A program made the position numbers and the translations under genes. The notes beneath the pieces were generated by a model. That model had not been told where the DNA came from. It saw nothing but the letters and a program-made list of their open reading frames with translations, and searched no databases. A stretch of DNA of 64,000 nt, taken from the NCBI GenBank assembly GCA_963815215.1, contig CAWFFU010000003.1, positions 576,001 to 640,000 of the forward strand, given 5' to 3'. Shown here piece by piece: positions 43,319 to 53,365 of the stretch; within the stretch, counting starts at the first letter, position 1; the number at the start of each line of letters is the position of its first letter. Origin of the DNA: an uncultured Trueperaceae bacterium. GTDB lineage: Bacteria > Deinococcota > Deinococci > Deinococcales > Trueperaceae.

Positions 43319-45953
43319 CAAGCGCCTTGGCGCGGTATTGCTGGAGCGGGGCTACGTCAACGACGAGTCACTGCAGCAGGCGATCAGCCGGCACGCCGAA
43401 GTCGGCGGACGCCTCGCCGACATCCTCGTGCACATCGGCGTCATCTCGGAGCAACGTATCGCGCGGGCCATCGAAGAGTCGATCGGCATCCCACTGGTCG
43501 TGCTCCCACGGGTCGACGTCATGCCCGACGCGCTGAGCAAGATCCCCGCGGACCTCGCCTTCGAAGTCGGCGCCATGCCCTTCGCCATCGACGGCAACCG
43601 CCTCCGGGTCGCATTCGAGGACCCGCTCGACGCCCTCGCCATCGAGGAGGTCGAGGACGCCTCGGGTTGCCTGGTGGAGCCCTACCAGGCCCTCCAGAAG
43701 GAGCTCCAGTGGGCGATCGCCACGTACTATCCGGAGCTCGGCCAGGAGCCTCCACCGGACTTCGAGGTCGATATCAGCCAGCGGCTGGGGTCGCTGGCCG
43801 TGGAGAAGGGCTTCATCACCGACGAGCACCTCAAGAGCGCGGTGGAGGAACAGCACCGTACCGGGGGTCTGCTTGGGCGCATCCTGATCAAGCAGGGGGC
43901 GCTCGACGACGACCGGCTGGCGCAGCTGCTCGCTGAACAGATGGGTATCCCCTTCCAAGCGACGCTCGACGGCGAGTCCGTCAACGAGCGCCTGGCCTCG
44001 ACGCTACTCCGGCTCGATGCGGTGCAGTTCAGCGCCGTGCCGTACCGGATGGACGAGGACAAGCTCGTCATCGCCATGTCCGACCCACGCCGCATGCCCG
44101 ATATCGAGGCCATCGCGCAGCGCCCCGTCACCTTCCTGGCTGCGCCCGAGCGCGAGGTCATGAAGCGCATCGACCTGATGTACGCCGATAACAAGGGGCG
44201 CCTGGGCGAAACGCTGCTGATGAACAAGAAGCTCAAGCGCGAGCAGCTGCGCAAGGCGCTCGAGGAGCAGGCCAAGCTGGGCCGCGTCAAGCCGCTGGGC
44301 GAGATCCTGGTAGACCTAGGCTACGTCACGCAGACCGATGTCGACGAGGCCCTCAACAAGCAACGTGCGGGCGGCGGCCGGCTCGAGGACACGCTGGTGC
44401 AATCGGGCAAGATCAGCCCCGAGATGCTCGCGCGCAGCCTCGCCATGCAGCTCGGCTACGAGTTCATCGACGACGGTATCAAGGTCGACCCCTTCGCCGT
44501 GAGTCTGGTCCCCGAGCAGACCGCACGGCGCTACCAGGCGATGCCGATCCGCATCGAGGGCAACACGCTGGTGGTCGCCATGAAGGACCCGCGCCACGTG
44601 TTCGCTCTGGACGACATCCGGCTGATCACCGGCAAGGAGATCCAGCCTGCGGTCGCCACCGAGGACACGCTGGCGCGAACGCTGAACCGCTTCTACCACG
44701 AAGGCAGCGACATGGACGAGCTGGCCAAGGCGCTCGTCGAGGAGGTCGGCGCCGGCTCATCGGATGCCGAAGAGGACACCAGCGCCATCGACGACAACGC
44801 GCTGGTGAAGGTCGTCAACAACATCATCCGGGAATCGATCCTCAACGACATCTCCGACATCCACATCGAACCCCGTCCGACCCACGTGGTGGTGCGAGTC
44901 CGCAAGGACGGCAGCCTGCGCGAGTACATGACCATGCCCAAGTCGACGGCGAGCGCCATGGCGGCGCGCATCAAGATCATGGGCGGCCTGAACATCGCCG
45001 AACGGCGCATGCCGCAAGACGGGCGGGTGCGGTTCCGCGACAGGACGACGGAAGTCGACCTGCGCCTCTCGACGCTGCCGACGGTGTACGGCGAGAAGGC
45101 CGTGATGCGCCTTCTGAAGCGCGCGACCGACATCCCCGAGATCGAGGAGCTCGGCTTCGCGGAGTACAACTTCGAGGGATTCCGGGACGTCATCCGGAAG
45201 CCCTACGGGATGTTCCTAATCACCGGTCCCACCGGCTCGGGCAAGTCGTTCACCACCTTCAGCGTCCTCAAGCGCATCGCGACTCCCGAGGTCAACGTCA
45301 CCACCATCGAGGACCCGGTCGAGTACGAGATCCCTGGGATCAACCAGACCCAGGTGAACGTGAAGGCGGGGCTCGACTTCGCGCGGGCGCTGCGGGCGTT
45401 CCTCCGCCAGGACCCGGACATCATCATGGTCGGTGAGATCCGGGACCACGAGACGGCCAAGATCTCGATGGAAGCGGCGCTGACCGGTCACCTCTTGATC
45501 GCCACGCTCCACACCAACGATGCCGCAGGCGCGATCAGCCGCCTGGCGGAGATGGGGATCGAGCCTTTCAACATCTCCGCTTCGCTCATCGGCGTGCTGG
45601 CTCAGCGTCTGGTACGCAAGGTCTGCAAGGACTGCCGGGTGGAGTACACGCCGGAGCCCGACGTCCTACGACGCCTAGGCATGGCCGAAGACGAGACGCA
45701 CGGGCGCAAGCTCTTTCGCGGGGTCGGTTGCGAGAAGTGTGGCGGCAGCGGCTACAACGGCCGCTACGCCATCCACGAGCTCCTCGTCGTGGACGACGAC
45801 ATCGAGAAGGCCATCGTGAAGGAGGCCTCGGCCTTCGAACTTCGCGAGATCGCCGTCAAGAACGGGATGCATACCCTTCGGGAGGACGGAATCTACAAGG
45901 CCTTCCAAGGCATCACCACGCTCGAAGAGGTCCTGGCCAGGACCGCGGAGTGA
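43296..45953 (+). CDS. pilB: Type IV pilus assembly ATPase (PilB; Thermus PilF type with three GSPII/MshEN blocks)
   Basis: Repeated RLG..L...G motifs, SDIHIEP, PQDGR, GPTGSGKS, CKDC/CEKC zinc motif. Confidence 0.95.
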   Translation: MAVLSIGDKRLGAVLLERGYVNDESLQQAISRHAEVGGRLADILVHIGVISEQRIARAIEESIGIPLVVLPRVDVMPDALSKIPADLAFEVGAMPFAIDGNRLRVAFEDPLDALAIEEVEDASGCLVEPYQALQKELQWAIATYYPELGQEPPPDFEVDISQRLGSLAVEKGFITDEHLKSAVEEQHRTGGLLGRILIKQGALDDDRLAQLLAEQMGIPFQATLDGESVNERLASTLLRLDAVQFSAVPYRMDEDKLVIAMSDPRRMPDIEAIAQRPVTFLAAPEREVMKRIDLMYADNKGRLGETLLMNKKLKREQLRKALEEQAKLGRVKPLGEILVDLGYVTQTDVDEALNKQRAGGGRLEDTLVQSGKISPEMLARSLAMQLGYEFIDDGIKVDPFAVSLVPEQTARRYQAMPIRIEGNTLVVAMKDPRHVFALDDIRLITGKEIQPAVATEDTLARTLNRFYHEGSDMDELAKALVEEVGAGSSDAEEDTSAIDDNALVKVVNNIIRESILNDISDIHIEPRPTHVVVRVRKDGSLREYMTMPKSTASAMAARIKIMGGLNIAERRMPQDGRVRFRDRTTEVDLRLSTLPTVYGEKAVMRLLKRATDIPEIEELGFAEYNFEGFRDVIRKPYGMFLITGPTGSGKSFTTFSVLKRIATPEVNVTTIEDPVEYEIPGINQTQVNVKAGLDFARALRAFLRQDPDIIMVGEIRDHETAKISMEAALTGHLLIATLHTNDAAGAISRLAEMGIEPFNISASLIGVLAQRLVRKVCKDCRVEYTPEPDVLRRLGMAEDETHGRKLFRGVGCEKCGGSGYNGRYAIHELLVVDDDIEKAIVKEASAFELREIAVKNGMHTLREDGIYKAFQGITTLEEVLARTAE

Positions 45954-45986
45954 TCCGCAGGCCCTGCCTCCACCGGAAGGACGCGC

Positions 45987-47231
45987 ATGAGTGACCAGAT
46001 CCGCTCCACCCAGATCCAGGCCGATATCGTCGATCTGCTGAAGATGGCCATCGAGCGGCAGGCGTCGGACCTCCTGATCACGGTCGGCCTGCCGCCGATG
46101 CTCAAGCTCGACGGCGAGTGGCGCCCCACCGACTACGACCCGCTCACCCCGAACCTGACCCGGCGCCTGATGTATGCGTTGATGGATGAGAAGAAGCAGC
46201 GCAACTACGAGGAGCGCAAGGACCTCGACTTCTCGTTCAGCCTCTCGGGTCATGGACGCTTCCGCGTCAACGTGTTCCAGCAGCGTGGCTCGGTGGGTGG
46301 CGTGATGCGGACCATCGCCGAAGAGGTCCTGGGCTTCTCGGCGTTGGGGCTGCCCGACGAAGTCGCCGCAACGGCGCGTCTCCCACGCGGCCTGGTGCTC
46401 GTCACCGGCCCCACGGGGTCGGGCAAGTCGACGACGCTGTCCACCATGATCAACCTCATCAACGAGGAGTACCAGAAGCACATCGTGACCATCGAGGACC
46501 CGATCGAGTTCTTCCACCAGCACAAGAGCTCGATCGTCAACCAGCGCGAGGTCGGCGAGGACACCAAGGACTTCCATGCCGCGCTCAGGAGCGTGTTGCG
46601 ACAGGCACCCGACGTCATCCTGGTAGGCGAGATGCGCGACTTCGAGACCATCGGAGCGGCCGTGACCGCGGCCGAGACCGGCCACCTGGTGCTGGGGACG
46701 CTGCACACCAACACCGCCGCCGAAGCCATCGACCGCATCATCGACGTCTTCCCCGAGGCCCAGCAGGAGCAGGTCCGGGTGCAGCTCTCGAACAACCTCC
46801 AGGCCATCCTGACGCAGCAGCTCATCCCCAAGTCGACGGGCGAAGGGCGCGCGCTGGCCTTCGAGTTCCTGATCGCCACGCCCGCCATCCGCAACCTCAT
46901 CCGTGAGGGCAAGACCCACCAGATCCCCGGGCAGATCCAGATGGGCGGTTCGCTCGGCATGGTGACCATGGATGCGAACCTGGCCGAGCTCCACTTGAAG
47001 CGCCTCATCAGCTTCGAGGTGGGGATCGCTCGATCGGTGGACCCCAAGGAGTTCGAGCGCCTCGTGACGACGGGCGGCCTGTCGTTGGAGGGCGGCGCGG
47101 CTCCTTCGCGCAGCGCCGCGGCCACGAAGCGCGGGACCCCTGCCCAGACGCGCGGAGCCACAGGGCAGGTCGGGCGCGGCGGCCCGGCGTCCTCCCCCGG
47201 CCGAGGCGGGCGCGGCAGCGGGGGCTCCTGA
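45987..47231 (+). CDS. pilT: Type IV pilus retraction ATPase
   Basis: GPTGSGKSTT, TIEDPIE, NQREVG, ETGHLV, AIRNLIRE. Confidence 0.96.
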   Translation: MSDQIRSTQIQADIVDLLKMAIERQASDLLITVGLPPMLKLDGEWRPTDYDPLTPNLTRRLMYALMDEKKQRNYEERKDLDFSFSLSGHGRFRVNVFQQRGSVGGVMRTIAEEVLGFSALGLPDEVAATARLPRGLVLVTGPTGSGKSTTLSTMINLINEEYQKHIVTIEDPIEFFHQHKSSIVNQREVGEDTKDFHAALRSVLRQAPDVILVGEMRDFETIGAAVTAAETGHLVLGTLHTNTAAEAIDRIIDVFPEAQQEQVRVQLSNNLQAILTQQLIPKSTGEGRALAFEFLIATPAIRNLIREGKTHQIPGQIQMGGSLGMVTMDANLAELHLKRLISFEVGIARSVDPKEFERLVTTGGLSLEGGAAPSRSAAATKRGTPAQTRGATGQVGRGGPASSPGRGGRGSGGS

Positions 47232-47399
47232 CCCGGGTCCCGGCACCCGCGCCGCGGTGCGTAGCGCGGGAACGAGCTCGCACCTCCGCTCGCCCGTAGC
47301 ACGCAGGGTACTCTTCCGTCGATACACATGTTCGCCCGGCGACCCCCGCCGGTATCGTGGACGTCGAACACGACGTGCAAGGATCCTTAGGAGGTCGGC

Positions 47400-48395
47400 G
47401 TGAAACGTTCGTGGATTGTCATCGCCATCATCGTCTCGGCACTCGTCGGATCGGCGTTCGCCCAGCGCGTGCAGATCGTCATCGGCACCGGCGGCACCGG
47501 CGGCGTGTACTTCTACTACGGCACCCAGGTCGCGCAGATGCTGTCGAAGTATGCGGACCTCAGTGCCACCGCCATCCAGACCGCGGCGTCCATCGACAAC
47601 AACCTTCTGCTGCGCGACAAGACCGATCCGAACCGCGGCGTCTACTACTGCGAGCTCTCTCTGCCCGACTCGGCGCTGGTCGCCTACAACGGCACCCACG
47701 AGAAGTTCAAGGGCAACCCGGCGCCTTCGCGCATCCTGTGGGTGACGTACCCGAACTATCTACAGATCGTCACCACGTCCGACTCCGGCATCACCAGCCT
47801 CGCCGATCTGGCGGGCAAGCGCGTCTCCACCGGGGCACCGAGTTCCGGCACCGAGTACACGAGCCTGCTGGTCCTCGACGCCGCGGGCGTCAAGACCGAT
47901 TCGTTCAGCAAGTGGTCGCGCCTGGGCGCCGCCGAGTCCGCCGACGGCCTGGCCAACGGCACGCTCGACGCCTACTTCTGGTCGGGCGGCATCCCCACCG
48001 GGTCGATCAGCGAACTCTCCACCACCCTGCAGCGCAAGGGCAAGAAGGTGGCGCTGGTCTCGCTCGACCCCAACGGCACTGCCGTCAAGACCTTCATGCA
48101 ACGCTTCCCCGGCCTGGGCGTGATGGGCACCATCCCGGCGGCCACCTACGGCGCGACGGGAGACACCCAGACGCTGGCGTTCTGGAACCGCTTCGCCTGC
48201 CCGGCCTCACTGCCCGACGACGTCGCCTACACCATCACCAAGACCGTCTTCACGCACATCCAGGACCTCCACGACGCGATCAAGCCGTCGAAGGACACGA
48301 CCGTCGAGAACACGGCCAAGCTGGTGGGCCAGACCACCATCCCCTTCCACCCCGGAGCGCTCCGCTATTACAAGGAAGTCGGAGCCGTCCAGTAG
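47400..48395 (+). CDS. TAXI family TRAP transporter solute-binding protein
   Basis: Signal peptide, IGTGGTGGVY, S.DN, DLAGKRVSTGAP.SGT, IPFHPGA.RYYKE. Confidence 0.92.
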   Translation: MKRSWIVIAIIVSALVGSAFAQRVQIVIGTGGTGGVYFYYGTQVAQMLSKYADLSATAIQTAASIDNNLLLRDKTDPNRGVYYCELSLPDSALVAYNGTHEKFKGNPAPSRILWVTYPNYLQIVTTSDSGITSLADLAGKRVSTGAPSSGTEYTSLLVLDAAGVKTDSFSKWSRLGAAESADGLANGTLDAYFWSGGIPTGSISELSTTLQRKGKKVALVSLDPNGTAVKTFMQRFPGLGVMGTIPAATYGATGDTQTLAFWNRFACPASLPDDVAYTITKTVFTHIQDLHDAIKPSKDTTVENTAKLVGQTTIPFHPGALRYYKEVGAVQ

Positions 48396-48398
48396 TCC

Positions 48399-48809
48399 AT
48401 GCGTAGAACCCTGATCTGGACCCCCATCCTGGTGGTGGGGGTCCTGGTCCTGGTGCTCGCCCGACCGGTGCGACTGAGCGGCGGCGCCGGCGATGCCGGC
48501 GACCACGTGCTGTGGCTGTGGGCGTGGCAGAGCGGCGAGGTGGCGTTCACCAACTCCGTGACGGGCGGTCCGGTGCGCATCCGATTCGACCTGCGCACCG
48601 GCTTCGACCACTTCCGCATGCTGACCGACGAGAAGACCGAGAACTACTACACCAGCGGCACCTACCGCATCAACGCACGGCTCGCGCCGCAACGCACCCG
48701 GTCGCTGGACTACTGCACCGTCGTCGGCATGACCGTGCGCCTCGGCTCCCACCACGCCACCCTGCGAGACAGCTGCCTGGAGATCACCCTGCTGTGGCCG
48801 CCCTTCTGA
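48399..48809 (+). CDS. Small membrane-anchored TAXI-associated protein (DUF1850-like)
   Basis: N-terminal TM, FTNSVTGGPV; sits between the TAXI binding protein and the permease. Confidence 0.6.
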   Translation: MRRTLIWTPILVVGVLVLVLARPVRLSGGAGDAGDHVLWLWAWQSGEVAFTNSVTGGPVRIRFDLRTGFDHFRMLTDEKTENYYTSGTYRINARLAPQRTRSLDYCTVVGMTVRLGSHHATLRDSCLEITLLWPPF

Positions 48810-50869
48810 AGCGCATCACCTTCGGGGTCCTGCTCGTTGCGACCCTGTACCACCTGTATCTCGTCATCCATCCGTTCATGCCGTGGTCGAACAGTGAGAT
48901 CCCGCTGCTCGACCTGACCCAGGTCCAGCGTGCCGCGCACGTGTTCCTGCTGGTGCTCGCCGGCTATCTGTTGATGGCGGCCCGCAAGCCCACCAAGGTG
49001 GGCGTCGGGTCGTGGATCTTCACCTTGCTCGCGGCCGTGCCTCTCTATGCGTTCTGGCAGCTCGGCCAGCCCCTGATCGTGGAGCTGGCGACGACCGTGT
49101 TCTGGGTCGTGTCCGTCGGGCCGGCGGTCGTGCCCCGGATCGCACGGGCGTTCGATGTGGTCGCGGCGCTCCTCAGCATCGCGCCGTTCCTGTACCTGTT
49201 GCTGCAGTTCAACGATCTGGTGAGCCGCGCCATGCTGCCTGTCCCCTGGGACCTCGCCATGTCGTTCGGCCTGACCTTCCTGGTATTGGGCATCGTGTAC
49301 CGCATGCTCGGGCCGGTGCTCCCCAGCCTGGTGCTGGTCTTCCTGCTGTACAACCTCTACGGCTATCTGATCCCCGGCACCTTACAGAGCCCCGGCTTCC
49401 CCCTCGACATGCTCCTCGGCAAGCTCTACGCCGAGACCGAGGCCGGGCTATTCGGCATCATCACCGGGGTGTCCCTGAAGTACCTCGTCTACTTCACCAT
49501 CCTCGGCGCCGTCATCTCGGCGCTCGGGTTCGGCGAGATCATCGCCAACATCGCCTTCCTGCTGGTGGGCAAGAGCCCCGCGGCACCGGGCCGCGCCACC
49601 AGCGTGATGGCCGTGATGATGGGCTGGTTCTCGGGTTCGGGCGCGGCCGATACGCTGTTCGTGTCGACCCTGAACGAGCCGCTGTTCAAGCGCGCCGGCT
49701 ACAACCGCCTGATCGCGGCGGGCTTGTGCTCGACGGTCGGCACCATCGCCTACATCACACCGCCCATCATGGGTTCGATCGCCTTCGTGATGGTGGAGCT
49801 GCTGGCCATCCCCTACATCCAGATCATCGTGATGGCGATCGGGCCGATGGTTCTGCTGTTCATCGCGATCTGGGCCTACAACGAGTTCTACGTCCGCAAG
49901 ATGAAGCTCCAGGCGATCGAGACCGTCGAGGGGATCGGTCGGCGCTACGCCTTCCGATACGCCTACGTGTTCCTGCCGGTGCTGCTCATCCTGGTGATGA
50001 TCTACCGAGGCTACTCCGTCAACCTCACGGTGACCCTGGCGATCTTCGCATTCATCGTGCTGGCCTACCTCGACCCCACCGTGCGGCCCCCCATCGGAAA
50101 GCTCTTCCAGGGCCTGGCCAACGGCTTCAGCCACCTCATCCCGATCGGGGGAGCGGTGGTCGCCGCCAACATGATCATGACGATGATGGTGCTGACCGGG
50201 CTCGCCTCCAAGGTCTCCGAGATCCTGCTGGCGATCTCGGGCCAGTCGCTCGCCATCGCGACCATCCTGGCAGCGCTGTTCAGCCTGGTGCTCGGCATGG
50301 GCGTTCCGCCCATCGCCACCTACGTGCTCACCTCGGCGCTGGTCGCTCCGGCCGTCCAGAAGCTGGTAGTGGCCAACGGCGTGCCCGAGCATGCGGCGCT
50401 CCTGGCCACGCAGATGTTCCTGTTCTATTACGCCGTCCTGGCCGATATCACGCCACCCGTCGGCCTCTCGGCGTACGCGGCCGCGTCGGTGTTCAAGACC
50501 AATCCGATCCAGACCGGTCTGTACGCCGCCATGGTGGCGCTGCCGAAGTACCTCATCGGCTTCACCTTCCTGCTGTCGTACAGCGGCACGGCGCTGCTGA
50601 TCGTGCCCGTGGTGGAAGGCATGAGCACCGGCCAGGCGCTGCTGGTCATCGTCCCGCGCTTCGTGTTCGCGCTGGTCGGCATCGTCTTGCTGGCGGCCGG
50701 CGGGGCGGGCTTCCTCCTACACAGACTGGCGAGCTGGGAACGCTGGCTCCTGGTCGCGATCGGCCTGGTCCTGCTCTACCCTGCCACCGTCGTGAACGTC
50801 GCGGCGCTGATCGTCGGGCTGGCGCTCGTCCTGCGCGACCGACTCAGGCTGGTCCCCGCCACGCCCTGA
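48806..50869 (+). CDS. TRAP transporter fused 4TM/12TM permease (probable CTG start)
   Basis: Many TMs; ITPPIMGS.AFVM.E, LGMGVP..ATY, ADITPPVGL.AYAAA. Confidence 0.9.
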   Translation: MKRITFGVLLVATLYHLYLVIHPFMPWSNSEIPLLDLTQVQRAAHVFLLVLAGYLLMAARKPTKVGVGSWIFTLLAAVPLYAFWQLGQPLIVELATTVFWVVSVGPAVVPRIARAFDVVAALLSIAPFLYLLLQFNDLVSRAMLPVPWDLAMSFGLTFLVLGIVYRMLGPVLPSLVLVFLLYNLYGYLIPGTLQSPGFPLDMLLGKLYAETEAGLFGIITGVSLKYLVYFTILGAVISALGFGEIIANIAFLLVGKSPAAPGRATSVMAVMMGWFSGSGAADTLFVSTLNEPLFKRAGYNRLIAAGLCSTVGTIAYITPPIMGSIAFVMVELLAIPYIQIIVMAIGPMVLLFIAIWAYNEFYVRKMKLQAIETVEGIGRRYAFRYAYVFLPVLLILVMIYRGYSVNLTVTLAIFAFIVLAYLDPTVRPPIGKLFQGLANGFSHLIPIGGAVVAANMIMTMMVLTGLASKVSEILLAISGQSLAIATILAALFSLVLGMGVPPIATYVLTSALVAPAVQKLVVANGVPEHAALLATQMFLFYYAVLADITPPVGLSAYAAASVFKTNPIQTGLYAAMVALPKYLIGFTFLLSYSGTALLIVPVVEGMSTGQALLVIVPRFVFALVGIVLLAAGGAGFLLHRLASWERWLLVAIGLVLLYPATVVNVAALIVGLALVLRDRLRLVPATP

Positions 50870-50893
50870 ACGGCACTGCCGCGCGCGCCCGGC

Positions 50894-52186
50894 TCACGAT
50901 CGGACCCGCAAGCGCCGCTCGACCCGCCACAGCGCCCCCAGCAGGGGGAGTTCGAGGAGCAGCAGGACGGCGACCCCGAGGTAGGTCGGCGTGAAGCCGA
51001 TCGCCGTCACCAGCTCGATCCCCAGGATCGGGCCGAGGCTGCCGCCGACGTCGCCGAAGAACTGGTAGTAGCCCACCACCTGGCCGCGCTGGGACGCCGG
51101 GGTGAGGTCACCGAGCAGGGTCAGCAGCGGGATCGAGGTGCCACCCATGCCCAGTCCCAGCAGCACGACGCCCACCACGGCCGACCCGGCGCCGCCGGCC
51201 AGCGCGAGAACGGCGAAGCCCGCCGCGGCGGCCACCACGCCCGGTAGCGCCAACCCCGTCCGAGTCGGCGAACGGTCGAGCGCCCGCCCGAGGTAGACGG
51301 TGACGGCAGCGGACGCCAGCATCATGACGGCGAGCAAGGCTCCGGCCATGGGCTGCTCACCCAGCCCTGCGATGCCTATGCCGCGCGCGTGGACGAGCAG
51401 CACCAGGGTCGCCAGCAGGACCCCCTGGATCGAGAAGAAGACCAGCAGATTGGCCAGCCACACGGCCTGCACCCGCCGGTCGGCACGAACGACGGTGGCC
51501 GCCGCCCTCCTCACGCGTTCCACCAGCACAGGCCGAGGCGCGCGCTCCTGGATCCGGAGCGGGCCCTGGGGCACGCTGCTCGGCACGGTCCACCAGGCCA
51601 GCACGGCCGCCGCCAGGGTGACCGCAGCGGCCGATAGGAAGGCGGCATCGTTGCTCACGAAGCCCGCGACCAGTCCACCGGCAAGCATGCCCGCAGGCAA
51701 CCCGAGGCTCAGAGCCAAGCGGACCACCGCCGTACTGCGGCCGCGGTTGGCCTCGGACGAGGCGTTGAGGGCGATGGTCACGCCGCCCACGATGATGGCC
51801 GAGGAGCCGATCCCCCAGATCGCCCGACCCGCCAGCAGCAGCCAACCGGGGTTGGCGGTGTGCAGCGCCAGGCTGTAGGTCGCGGTGGCGAGCGCCTCGA
51901 CCAGCAGACCGAGGGTCAGCGGCCACTTGCCTCCGAAGCGGTCGATCAACGCGCCGGTGACCGGGTTGGCGAAGAGCCGGGTGACACGGTTGGCTGAGAG
52001 GATCCAGCCCACCAGGAACGCCGGCAGACCCAGCTGCACCCCGAGGATCGGGATAATGGGAAACGCGATGCCGCCACCGATGCCACCGAGGAACACCACC
52101 ACCGCGAGCGGCAGGCTCTCCGGTGGGATGCCGAGCCGGAGCGGCGTCCCACTGCTCCGTTGCGAGCCGGGTTCCTCTCCTACCAC
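50894..52186 (-). CDS. MFS transporter
   Basis: GALIDRFGGK motif A, GRAIWGIG, about 12 TMs; start approximate. Confidence 0.85.
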   Translation of the reverse strand: MVGEEPGSQRSSGTPLRLGIPPESLPLAVVVFLGGIGGGIAFPIIPILGVQLGLPAFLVGWILSANRVTRLFANPVTGALIDRFGGKWPLTLGLLVEALATATYSLALHTANPGWLLLAGRAIWGIGSSAIIVGGVTIALNASSEANRGRSTAVVRLALSLGLPAGMLAGGLVAGFVSNDAAFLSAAAVTLAAAVLAWWTVPSSVPQGPLRIQERAPRPVLVERVRRAAATVVRADRRVQAVWLANLLVFFSIQGVLLATLVLLVHARGIGIAGLGEQPMAGALLAVMMLASAAVTVYLGRALDRSPTRTGLALPGVVAAAAGFAVLALAGGAGSAVVGVVLLGLGMGGTSIPLLTLLGDLTPASQRGQVVGYYQFFGDVGGSLGPILGIELVTAIGFTPTYLGVAVLLLLELPLLGALWRVERRLRVRS

Positions 52187-52333
52187 CGTCCGCCCACCTC
52201 TCCGGCACGCCGCCTGCTCGCCGGGCGAAGGTATCCGGTCCGATGGCGCCGACGCGACACCCCGCCACCATAGTCCGAGTGCCATCGGCGCGGCGCCGTG
52301 TCGGGCAACGCGCAACGGGCTCGTGGGCCCCGG

Positions 52334-52924
52334 ATGACGCCCGAACAACGTCGCCATCTACTACGCGCCGCGCTCCCCGACGAGCAGGTCGGGCGGGCCG
52401 GTGTGTGGGCCGACCTCGGATGCGGCAGTGGCGCGTTCACCCTGGCCTTGGCCGACCTCGTCGGCAATCGCGCCACCATCCACGCCGTCGATCGCGACGG
52501 CACCGCGTTGCGGCGCCTGGACTCGTTCGCCGACGCGCACGCTGCCACCCTGCGCACCCTGGAGGCGGACTTCACGGCGCCGCTGGACCTCCCTCCCCTG
52601 GACGGACTACTGCTGGCGAACGCGCTGCACTTCGTGCCGCGCCGGGGCCAACCGGACCTCCTGCAGCGGCTGCGCTCCTCGCTACGTGCGGGCGGGCTCC
52701 TCGTCGTGGTGGAGTACGACGTCGCGCGCGGCAATCCGTGGGTCCCACATCCGATCCCGGCCGAGCGGTGGCCCGCGCTGGCGCGGGAAGCCGGCTACGA
52801 CGGCGCTCGCGTCGTGGCCACCGTGCCGTCGCGCTACTGGGGTCGCGTCTACGCCGCGCGCTGCGTGGGCGCCGCATCGTCAGCCGAAGAAGGCGCGCGT
52901 CAACAATCCCGCAAGGGGCGGTAG
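52334..52924 (+). CDS. Class I SAM-dependent methyltransferase
   Basis: WADLGCGSG, AVDRD, ADF, ANALHF, GG.LVVVEY. Confidence 0.85.
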   Translation: MTPEQRRHLLRAALPDEQVGRAGVWADLGCGSGAFTLALADLVGNRATIHAVDRDGTALRRLDSFADAHAATLRTLEADFTAPLDLPPLDGLLLANALHFVPRRGQPDLLQRLRSSLRAGGLLVVVEYDVARGNPWVPHPIPAERWPALAREAGYDGARVVATVPSRYWGRVYAARCVGAASSAEEGARQQSRKGR

Positions 52925-53365
52925 CAGCAGCGTGCTGACGACCCGTACCAGCGTGAAGCGTGGACCTACGATCGCCAGCTCGAAGCTCAGCAACCCCACG
53001 TTCCACACCGCCCACCCCGTCACCAGCGAGACCGTGGCGGCGAGGCCGGCGCCGGCCTGGTGGATCGCAGCGATGATCGGGAACGACACGTAGGGCCCGC
53101 CGGGGATGACGGCCCCGGCAACCGAGCCGATCACCACGTCCAACACGCCCGACGAGCTCGCCAGCCAGCGGTGCACGAGTTCGGCCGGTAGGGCCGCGGC
53201 CAGCATCCCCGCCAGGAAGAACGCCGCCAGCAGGAGCGGCAGCGTCCCCCACAGCATGCGTAGTCCCGCCACCGCGCCCACCTTCGGCCTGGCAGGGTCC
53301 TGGCGGTAGGCCACGCCGGCCAGCGCCAGCGCCATGCCGACCAGGACCGCGGTGGCGACACTCAT
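52880..53365 (-). CDS. Small permease (DUF318/ArsP-like half)
   Basis: Hydrophobic; G.V.GAVIPGGPYVSFP, FELAIVG. Confidence 0.75.
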   Translation of the reverse strand: MSVATAVLVGMALALAGVAYRQDPARPKVGAVAGLRMLWGTLPLLLAAFFLAGMLAAALPAELVHRWLASSSGVLDVVIGSVAGAVIPGGPYVSFPIIAAIHQAGAGLAATVSLVTGWAVWNVGLLSFELAIVGPRFTLVRVVSTLLLPPLAGLLTRAFFG

